DNA of 64,000 nucleotides from Anaerolineales bacterium (GTDB taxonomy: Bacteria; Chloroflexota; Anaerolineae; Anaerolineales; UBA4823): the NCBI GenBank assembly GCA_034430155.1, contig DAOUET010000001.1:342-64341 (forward strand). Direction: 5' to 3'. Under the pieces are notes generated by a model that ran no database searches, was not told the origin of the DNA, and saw only the letters and a list, made by a program, of their open reading frames with translations. A program made the position numbers and the translations under genes. This document shows positions 19,958-28,094 of the stretch, one piece after another. Numbering within the stretch: the stretch's first letter is position 1; each line of letters starts with the position of its first letter.

Positions 19958-21586
19958 ATGATTGAACTCGAGGCTGTACGAGAAACACCAATTCGTGAGG
20001 GACAAAAGGAAGGAAAAACCAATCGAACGGGTTTAATAAGTGGTATTAAGAATAAATACCACAATATCACTTTTGAGGTTTCTGAGTGGAAGCGGCTGCA
20101 GCGAGAGATTAAAGGTTTCCCCAAACAGGTTGAGTCCAACCAGGTTGAGATCCTAGAAGCTCTCAGTGATTACCGCCTGGCCTTCACGCAATTGGATTAT
20201 AAATCTGAGAAAATCGACCAGGAAGTCTGGCAGAGATTTGAGGATATAGAATCGAAAATTCCAGTTCTCAATGGAGAAACTTTTAATCGATTACTGGTAT
20301 TACGCTCGCGATCCTGGCTCAGTGATACCTGGCAATCCTGGAAAGATTTGATCCAAAATCAGGAAGTTTTCATGGATTTCTTAGTCAAAGCGCCAGGCAA
20401 GCTGGAATTTTACAACAAGATGCAGACTGTCCGGGAGCAACGGAAAATAGATAAGCTCAAGGAGGAAGAAAACGCTCGAGCTGTGGCTGCTGCCCGCCAG
20501 ACTTTTGAGCATGTGATGAGCCAGATCGAAGAAAAAAATAGGGGCGTTGATGAAGTTACCTATGGTTCTAAAATCTTACGGCTAGATCAAGCTCAGAACT
20601 TCTGGAATACGAAGTTCGATGAATTCTTGCATGTGGACAAATTGGATGCCGAAAATACTGAAAAGGTCCTCAATAATATCCATTGGCTTCAAGAAATCGT
20701 GCGAGACGCGCCTGTTTTAGCCAGGGGTGTGCGAGCGGTTGAAGAAAAATATAGCCAATTGTTATCGACCCATGAGATGTTGATATCGTATGGTAGCAGC
20801 GTGATCCCTGCAAGCGAGATAACCCGGACTTCTGCAATGCTCAACCAGGAAATCCCACAACTATGGACTAGCGGTAAATTCGATGATTTAGACCGCGTGA
20901 TCCAAAGTCTGCACAATTTTATCGAATACTATGAGCTGAAAGTCCAGACTGAACTATCTCTGGCAGAAAGACGTAGACCTGGATTGACACAGGCTCTGAG
21001 CATGAAGGTGGAAACCAGGAAAAACGGATATTCCAGTTTGATTGCCATGGCTCGTTCCTTGGTTACAGCAGTTGACGCACGTGACAAATTCATGAAAGGT
21101 CACTCAAACTTGGTGACTGAGCTAGCTCTAAGAATCGCGAGCAAAATGGGATGGAATCAATCTGGCCTGAAACAGCTCGAGTTGGCAGCTTTACTCCACG
21201 ATGTCGGCAAGCTATCGATCCCCGAATCTATACTAACCAAAGAGGGTCCTCTCTCCCCGCACGAATGGACGGTTATCCAAATGCACCCGATTTACGGCGC
21301 AGAAATCGTCAAGTCTATTGAACCGTTGAGGGATATCATCCCATGGGTGTACCATCACCAGGAGCGGTGGGATGGAAAGGGGTATCCTGATAGGTTGTCC
21401 AAGGAAGATATTCCCCAAGGATCGAGCATCATCTCTCTAGCTGAGGCTTTCACGGTGATGAGAACGGGAATGCCGCATAAAAAAGCGATCACTGAAGATG
21501 AGGCTGTTGAGAATGTAAAAGAAGAGGTAAATCAGCAATTCAATCCCGAGGTAGTCGAAGCCTTTCTGGATGTTATGAGCACTTGA
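19958..21586 (+). CDS. HD-GYP domain protein (putative c-di-GMP phosphodiesterase) with a long coiled-coil N-terminus
   Basis: 542 aa. HD motif (AALLHDVGKLSIP) and HHQERWDGKGYPDRL (HHExxDGxGYP) are in the C-terminal ~180 aa. The N-terminal ~360 aa are helical and charged with no TM segment. Confidence 0.85.
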   Translation: MIELEAVRETPIREGQKEGKTNRTGLISGIKNKYHNITFEVSEWKRLQREIKGFPKQVESNQVEILEALSDYRLAFTQLDYKSEKIDQEVWQRFEDIESKIPVLNGETFNRLLVLRSRSWLSDTWQSWKDLIQNQEVFMDFLVKAPGKLEFYNKMQTVREQRKIDKLKEEENARAVAAARQTFEHVMSQIEEKNRGVDEVTYGSKILRLDQAQNFWNTKFDEFLHVDKLDAENTEKVLNNIHWLQEIVRDAPVLARGVRAVEEKYSQLLSTHEMLISYGSSVIPASEITRTSAMLNQEIPQLWTSGKFDDLDRVIQSLHNFIEYYELKVQTELSLAERRRPGLTQALSMKVETRKNGYSSLIAMARSLVTAVDARDKFMKGHSNLVTELALRIASKMGWNQSGLKQLELAALLHDVGKLSIPESILTKEGPLSPHEWTVIQMHPIYGAEIVKSIEPLRDIIPWVYHHQERWDGKGYPDRLSKEDIPQGSSIISLAEAFTVMRTGMPHKKAITEDEAVENVKEEVNQQFNPEVVEAFLDVMST

Positions 21587-21603
21587 GCCATTTGATGAAT
21601 TTT

Positions 21604-21635
21604 AAAGACCCTGGTTGGTTTACCAGGGTCTTTTT
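21604..21635. terminator. Intrinsic terminator (bidirectional) after the HD-GYP gene
   Basis: AAAGACCCTGGT / ACCAGGGTCTTT, a 12-bp perfect stem followed by TTTTT. The reverse strand also ends in TTTAAAATT. Confidence 0.75.
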
Positions 21636-21666
21636 GTATGTTTCAGCATCGCCTCGTGATAAGGTA

Positions 21667-24033
21667 TTAGGGAGAAAAATTGATTTGAACCTGATAATCC
21701 CCGAAAGCGTGCAGCTCTAATAAAGCCATGGGGAAGGGGAGAAAATGCCCAGGGGGGTAATCAGCATTAGGGTTCTCGGGGAGATTCAGCCATGTTCGGG
21801 AAGCAGTGAAAGGAGAAAACCCCAAATCCGATGAAGAGGTTATTTCCAGGCGCGGCCCATCTTGGTATCCCCAGGCCCATCCCCCCTCGATTTTTTCATA
21901 GAGCAATTGATTCCCCCAATTGGGGTCAAAGCGCCTCCAGGGATCAATGGCCAGGGGTATCTGGGATGTGACCCAAGAGGCGGAATGGTAGGTGACCTGA
22001 ATTCCCTGGTCAGTGAGTCGGAAGGTCTTAGTGAGTGAACTGTCGATATTTACGAACGAAATCCGATCAGTAGCCAGGGTGGGCGTGTATTGGTCTACTG
22101 GGTGGGGATATTCCGTGAAAGCGCCGGGCGAGCTGTTGGGGTCCTTTGGAGAAACCCCGGTAGTATCCCAGGCTGAAAGATCGCTTGTATTAATAAAGAA
22201 TTGGGTAGATGGCCCAACTAGTTGGTGAGCGCCGGTGGGTGAAAGCGCAAATAGATATGCCAAACGAGCCCCATCTAATTCGATGAGACCAAAAATGCTC
22301 TTTGAGGCAAGGATACATTCGGGTTGACCATCCTGGTCGGGGTCCACGTCACAGGTTATCTGAGGGACTGGGTCAGCAGCCCAACCAGCAGCAAACAGGA
22401 TTTCTTTGATCTGTCCAATGAAACCGGTTCGTATCGCGGGCGTTATCGGTGGGTTTTGGGGAAGCGAGGCAAACAGGGCGAGGTAAGCTTGCCAGGCAGC
22501 TTGGGTAATAGCATTGCGAGGAAAAGAACAGGAGGGATTGAGCTGATCTATGAGTGAGGAACAGGAAGGCACAAGTGCGGTTTGTGGCGATAGTTGAACT
22601 GGCAACACTTGTGGGGAAAAATCCATAACTTTTACGGTGTTTCGCATAGACATAAGATCGTCGATATTGAGGGGTTTAATCCAGGGGTGGTTAGCGATAT
22701 ACCGCAAAGTCATCTCGGCAGATTCGGGATCTCCCCAAGCACTTTTAGGAAGATCTCCCCCTAATATGATAAGAGGTGGGTTGCCAGGTTCTCCTGAGGC
22801 GGCATTTTCCAACATTGCCCGACGAAGGTCGATGGTGGGACCATCAATGCTGGGTTGGAATTGAGGCGCCATGGAGGGCAGCGGTATCAATATCCAGTCT
22901 TTCCAAAGGACCGGTTGGTTTTCATTGAGCGGGGTGAAGATTAGGGAGTATCTATCAGGCGGTTCAGAAGTTAAATAGGGCGTATACAGGATACGACCAA
23001 CCTGCAATCCAAAACGAAGGCTGATTTGGCGTCCCTCGGCAATGGCACGCGACTGAGCCCAATCGGGCAAGGAATTTTCATAGGATGGAAAACCCATCAC
23101 AGTAGATTCAGCTCCTGGCAAGGTCGTTGTCGCCGGCTGAAGAGTCTCAACTGGTAATTGGATCAATGAGTCAGGTACGGCATCGGGAAGGACCAATAAC
23201 TTATCATCTAGCAGTGCCCTGATTTTGGGAAAAGCTTCGATGTAATCCAATGCTGAAAGCGAGGCAGGCGATTTCAAATCGAGTAAGATGACCGGCACCT
23301 GGTTGCGTCGAACAGCTGACAACAGGACCTGCAGGCCATGCCGTTCGCCAAAGGGTCCGGTGTGAGCGCCATCCCATCTACGCAATGCCTGGGCTGGGGT
23401 AAATGCCGGAAATGTATTCCAGAATGCCAAGAGGACCGGTGTTTGGGGTGGCGGAAAAGCTTCTGAGCTGAGTGGTCCCAGGCTGTCAACAACTAGGTTT
23501 TCCCCCGCGGGAGCGACAAACACTTGCAAGTGATAAATAGGTTGGGGGGGAGCTAAGCTGGCCCTATTCAGGCTGACAACCACGTTATCCATATATGGGT
23601 CTCGCAAAATGCGCGGGATCAAATCGTGGCGGGGTTGCAGATCGCTAAGAGAAATGGGTGATTTACCGGGAGGTTTCAAGGCTTGGGGCGAACCGTCAGC
23701 AGCGAGTACGAGCAGAGTGTCCCATTGTAGGTCCGCTTTGATACCGAGAGGCAGCCAATCGGTCCCACCCACTTGAGTGTCCAAGGCAAGATATATATCA
23801 ACTTTTGGGGTTGAATCTAAATCTAAGAAATCTAGGCGAATCTGGAAGTCTGTCCCAGCATTGCGGGTATAAACCGCAATCAAATCGTAATAAGGAGGGA
23901 TATCCCCCGGCTTCGATAGTGAACGCAGATCGGCATAAGACCACTTCTGGCTTGGTGAAACGCCGCTAATCGGTATGCAAGCGCTCAGGAGTTGACTGAT
24001 GATGATTATAAAGATAAACTTTTTTAGAAACAT
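21667..24033 (-). CDS. Large secreted lipoprotein, function unknown
   Basis: 788-aa ORF with a lipobox (LLSACIP). Composition is non-repetitive and coding-like. I recognise no motif with confidence. Confidence 0.65.
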   Translation of the reverse strand: MFLKKFIFIIIISQLLSACIPISGVSPSQKWSYADLRSLSKPGDIPPYYDLIAVYTRNAGTDFQIRLDFLDLDSTPKVDIYLALDTQVGGTDWLPLGIKADLQWDTLLVLAADGSPQALKPPGKSPISLSDLQPRHDLIPRILRDPYMDNVVVSLNRASLAPPQPIYHLQVFVAPAGENLVVDSLGPLSSEAFPPPQTPVLLAFWNTFPAFTPAQALRRWDGAHTGPFGERHGLQVLLSAVRRNQVPVILLDLKSPASLSALDYIEAFPKIRALLDDKLLVLPDAVPDSLIQLPVETLQPATTTLPGAESTVMGFPSYENSLPDWAQSRAIAEGRQISLRFGLQVGRILYTPYLTSEPPDRYSLIFTPLNENQPVLWKDWILIPLPSMAPQFQPSIDGPTIDLRRAMLENAASGEPGNPPLIILGGDLPKSAWGDPESAEMTLRYIANHPWIKPLNIDDLMSMRNTVKVMDFSPQVLPVQLSPQTALVPSCSSLIDQLNPSCSFPRNAITQAAWQAYLALFASLPQNPPITPAIRTGFIGQIKEILFAAGWAADPVPQITCDVDPDQDGQPECILASKSIFGLIELDGARLAYLFALSPTGAHQLVGPSTQFFINTSDLSAWDTTGVSPKDPNSSPGAFTEYPHPVDQYTPTLATDRISFVNIDSSLTKTFRLTDQGIQVTYHSASWVTSQIPLAIDPWRRFDPNWGNQLLYEKIEGGWAWGYQDGPRLEITSSSDLGFSPFTASRTWLNLPENPNADYPPGHFLPFPMALLELHAFGDYQVQINFSP

Positions 24034-24521
24034 GAGATAAACCAGGGCTTCTTTTTTGAGAGAATATATTTTACTCCACCAACTTTTTTATCTTATGGTT
24101 CTCACGAAACCACTGCAAAGCTTACAAAAGTGTTTATAGTGGGCTGGGACTCTGGGTGTACAATAAAATTGAAAAGTGAGAGTATGGAAGGCACCCCCAT
24201 TCCAATACGATGGTATTTTTTGGTTTGTTAAAAGATTAAACGGATGGTGATCTGGAATCACCGGTTTTTTTCTCTCACTTCTCTCAATCGAAATCTGGCA
24301 AGATGTAGCTATTTGGGGGGCCAAATAGAAGCGTGATGATGATTTGTCTCAAATGAAAGAATCATCGCTAATTATGCGATAGTAATTAATGAAGGGTGTG
24401 CAATAAATCAATAAGGAAATAGTCGTTGGTGGGAATATTTTTGTTACATTCCGGTTTCTTATCAGGTCTGTCTATTTTACCTCTCCTACGTAAATTATAA
24501 TCGCGCAGAGATCGCAGAGTC

Positions 24522-26033
24522 ATGATGCAAAAAATAATCCTAAAATTGATCTTGTTGGGACTCTCGCTGGTCATTAGTAGCGCATGTGTGAGGACCGGGA
24601 GTTACTCAGGGATACCCGATATTTTTAGCGAAAAGATACCAACAAGCGATGAGTTATCCCAAGTGAATACCACGGGAGAGGGTGCAAGCCTCGAAAGCGA
24701 TTCATTGAATGTTTATTTCCCCGTGGATGCAATTTTCCAAAGCTTCTATAGCTTCCTCGGTGGACGAGAAATACTCGGTCCGGCGATCTCTCCCCTGGAA
24801 GAACTAGGTGATGTTAAGAGGCAATATGTCGAAGCCGGAATGATGGTTTTTAACCCCAATGCCATTGGAAGTGAACGGTACCAATTATCACCTTTAGGGT
24901 TGGACTTTGGTGTAGCTACCCCAGGGATGCACTCGGCTTCGGATGGTGAAGCCAGGATTATCGATGGACATGTGATATTCAGTAAGTTCATACCGATGTA
25001 TGATAAATTAGGTGGCGCTCGTTTTGTGGGACGGCCGATCACGGAAGCACGCTATGATCCTGAAAATGGTCGTTTTCTCCAATATTTTGAAAATTTAGGG
25101 TTTTATATCCTCGATAGCGATAAGACTGAAAGCATTCGACTATTGGCATATGGCGCCTCATCCTGCGACCAGACTTGCCGTTACAAATCCCCTCCTGAAA
25201 GTATCATAATTCGAAAGCCCTTGCTAACTGAACCATTCGCCTCTATGGTGGACTCAATGGGCCTCCCATTCGTGGGGCGAACCCTGACTGATCCAACCTA
25301 TGCTTATGATGGCAAATCTGAAATTATTTTTGAAAATTTAGTGCTTGTTGAGGATGGGGCTAACCCTCATGGAGTCCTGGTCAAATCGATTGTGAAGATG
25401 CTTGGCTTTCAAGCGAAACCATTGGAGGCCAACCAGAACGATCCCTTGATGGTTTTTTATCCAATCGACGGGGATAAAGGCTACAATGTTCCGGTCTATT
25501 TCGATTCTTATTTACGTTCACACGGAGGATTAGAGGTCTCAGGATTACCTATCAGCGGAGTTTACCAATTAAGAACTGGGGGCTTCCGCCAATGTTTTGA
25601 GAATCTTTGCCTTGATTTCGAGCCTGACTCCCCGGAAGATACCCGCTTGAAACCAGCATCATTGGGGGTGGCGTATAAAAAAGCCTTTTTTAGCCGAGGG
25701 GGCATCTCGTTATCTCTTGATAATATCCAAATATACGTTTGGGAACGAAATCCGGTGGTTATTTCCAGCGACCCCCAAGAGATCTTCGTAGCGATTTTGG
25801 AACATAACAAACCGCTTAAAAATCGGGAACCTATCTTGACTTTGATACTACCCGATGGAGCGCAAGAGACTTATAGATTTCCACCCACGAACGATAGGGG
25901 GCAAACTTCTTTGAAGGTGCCTTCAGTTTCAGCTCCAAACGGCACCTTGATAGCTTACCAGGTCTGCCTACCAGGCGCGGGGGAGGAAAGTCAGTGTGTT
26001 GGGGATAATTACATGATTTGGAAGATCCCTTAA
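24522..26033 (+). CDS. Lipoprotein with four LGFP-like repeats (paralog A)
   Basis: 503 aa with a lipobox (VISSAC). It carries repeated units of the type F..Y..LGG...LG.PI(S/T)...........QYFE.G (for example FIPMYDKLGGARFVGRPITEARYDPENGRFLQYFENLGFY). Confidence 0.7.
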   Translation: MMQKIILKLILLGLSLVISSACVRTGSYSGIPDIFSEKIPTSDELSQVNTTGEGASLESDSLNVYFPVDAIFQSFYSFLGGREILGPAISPLEELGDVKRQYVEAGMMVFNPNAIGSERYQLSPLGLDFGVATPGMHSASDGEARIIDGHVIFSKFIPMYDKLGGARFVGRPITEARYDPENGRFLQYFENLGFYILDSDKTESIRLLAYGASSCDQTCRYKSPPESIIIRKPLLTEPFASMVDSMGLPFVGRTLTDPTYAYDGKSEIIFENLVLVEDGANPHGVLVKSIVKMLGFQAKPLEANQNDPLMVFYPIDGDKGYNVPVYFDSYLRSHGGLEVSGLPISGVYQLRTGGFRQCFENLCLDFEPDSPEDTRLKPASLGVAYKKAFFSRGGISLSLDNIQIYVWERNPVVISSDPQEIFVAILEHNKPLKNREPILTLILPDGAQETYRFPPTNDRGQTSLKVPSVSAPNGTLIAYQVCLPGAGEESQCVGDNYMIWKIP

Positions 26034-26219
26034 GATTGATATTGTATTTCAAATCCCAGGTTGTGTGATGCTCACTGCATAGTGTGTGGGTCTAGGATAA
26101 ACGCTTATCAGGGACTTCGAGTTTTAAAGCGATATTGTTTGCCTTATCATTGAAAAGGGAATCTGGAAAATGAGAGGCATTGGCCTTTATCGGGGTATAC
26201 TTGAAGCAATGAGTGGGAT

Positions 26220-27905
26220 ATGACCCAGATTTCACTGTCGAGAATATCTGCTTTCGTCAGCCTTATTCTCTTAACCCTTCTCGTGGGAGCTTGTGAGCGT
26301 CTCCAAAGTCTGATGGCGGCTCCAGATTCAACGACACCCTCCATTGATTCATTGAATGTTACCTACCCCGTTGATACAGTATTCGGCGATTTCTACGATT
26401 ACCTAGGTGGAGAGAAATTGCTTGGTCCAGCAATTTCTACTGTACAAGAGTCGGGGGAGGTTATGAGACAGTACGTTGAAGCGGGTTTGCTGGTTTACGA
26501 CCCCCACGCACGACCAGGAGAGAAATTCCATCTCGAGCCGCTGGGGTTGTTATTTGAGATCGAGGAACCACCGGTCCCAAATCCAAACCGGCCGAACGAA
26601 GTAAATATCAACGGTCATATCATCTATGAGCAATTCTTGGCACTTTATCGAAAATTGGGGGGCGCTAGATTTGTCGGACGGCCGATCACCGAAGTGCACT
26701 ATAACCCAGGTAAAAGACGAACGGAGCAATATTTTGAAAACCTAGGTTTTTACATCCTGGATAGCGACCAGACTAAGTCGGTATACCTGCTGGCCTACGG
26801 GACTTTTGTATGCGACCAACAATGCCGGTATAGACGTGATCCCAACAACCTGCCTGCTTCCAAACCTTTTCTACCCACACCGTTCAATGATGAAGTAGCT
26901 CGCTTAGGCTATGACTTTGTGGGGCGTCCACTGACAGAGCCATATAGGCAAACCAGCGGAATGGAAGAAATTATCTTCGATAACCTGGTTATGGTTTACG
27001 AGACTGAACCGCAGATGAATATCATCGAAACACCTGCTAATCTTTGGCTGCCATTAATCTTGAGGACCGGGGCTGATGATCTTCTTAGTGAAAACGGACA
27101 GAGCGGTTTTCTAATATGGCTACCGCAGGTATTATTTACTTTCCCCGACAAATCTGCAAAACAGAAGCAGGATGAATCTTTCAGCTTGATGGTCCCACTT
27201 GTACTGACAAAAGAATCTGCAACATCCTCGAAAGTTTGGATCCGACCGATCGTCGAAATGGTTGGTATTAAACCACAACCACCGGTATCCCCACTGGATG
27301 ATCCCCTCATGGTGTTTTACCCAACCGATGGAGACCTTGGTCACAATGTACCCCTTTACTTCAACGATTTCATTCATCTGCATGGGGGATTGGAGGTCTC
27401 GGGCGAACCGATCACGGAGGTGTTCCGGGTTAATGAAGGGATTTATCGGCAGTGTTTTACGAACCTGTGTCTTGACTTTGATCTCAAAGCACAAAACGGA
27501 GAAAGATTATATCCTGTGTCGTTAGGTGAGGTTTATAAAGAAAAATATTATCCAGGACCAAATGATCAATTCGGAAAACAAAACCTGGAAAACATTAAAA
27601 TTACAGTCTGGGAGGACAAACCTTATGTAACTTCCAGCGAATCTCAGGTGGTCAATGTTTTGATCCGTGAGAACGGAGTGTCATTGAAAAACTGGGAGCC
27701 GGAATTGATCCTGATAATGCCCGATAACCAAGTGGTGAATTACTACTTTCCACCTTCCGATGAGGACGGTAAGAGTTCGGTGCGAATCCCCCCCGTGGCA
27801 GCTCCCAGTGGGACCTTGATCCCTTACCGCGTTTGCCTGAGAGGCGTGAGGGGCGACACTATCTGTGAAGAAAACAACTACCTGATCTGGAATATCCCTA
27901 AATAA
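26220..27905 (+). CDS. Lipoprotein with four LGFP-like repeats (paralog B, with a ~70-aa insertion)
   Basis: 561 aa with a lipobox (LLVGAC). It is colinear with paralog A over the whole length, with many identical blocks (KLGGARFVGRPITE, QYFENLGFYILDSD, DPLMVFYP.DGD.G.NVP.YF, HGGLEVSG.PI). Confidence 0.7.
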   Translation: MTQISLSRISAFVSLILLTLLVGACERLQSLMAAPDSTTPSIDSLNVTYPVDTVFGDFYDYLGGEKLLGPAISTVQESGEVMRQYVEAGLLVYDPHARPGEKFHLEPLGLLFEIEEPPVPNPNRPNEVNINGHIIYEQFLALYRKLGGARFVGRPITEVHYNPGKRRTEQYFENLGFYILDSDQTKSVYLLAYGTFVCDQQCRYRRDPNNLPASKPFLPTPFNDEVARLGYDFVGRPLTEPYRQTSGMEEIIFDNLVMVYETEPQMNIIETPANLWLPLILRTGADDLLSENGQSGFLIWLPQVLFTFPDKSAKQKQDESFSLMVPLVLTKESATSSKVWIRPIVEMVGIKPQPPVSPLDDPLMVFYPTDGDLGHNVPLYFNDFIHLHGGLEVSGEPITEVFRVNEGIYRQCFTNLCLDFDLKAQNGERLYPVSLGEVYKEKYYPGPNDQFGKQNLENIKITVWEDKPYVTSSESQVVNVLIRENGVSLKNWEPELILIMPDNQVVNYYFPPSDEDGKSSVRIPPVAAPSGTLIPYRVCLRGVRGDTICEENNYLIWNIPK

Positions 27906-28039
27906 AGTTTGAATTGGTAGGAGGAAACGGGGAAGGATTGCGGTTAGGTACCGTAGAGAGGCATGGTTAGCAGAGGGGAAAATATCCGGAATGATTGATT
28001 CACAACCAGAAGAATAACAGGAGAATTAAGTAAGAACGT

Positions 28040-28075
28040 CAGAGAGCAGGCAGCTGATTTGCCACCTGCTCTCTG
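28040..28075. terminator. Stem-loop between convergent genes
   Basis: CAGAGAGCAGG / CCTGCTCTCTG, an 11-bp perfect stem with a 14-nt loop and no strong U-tract. Confidence 0.4.
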
Positions 28076-28094
28076 AGCGGTTGGTACATCACGA

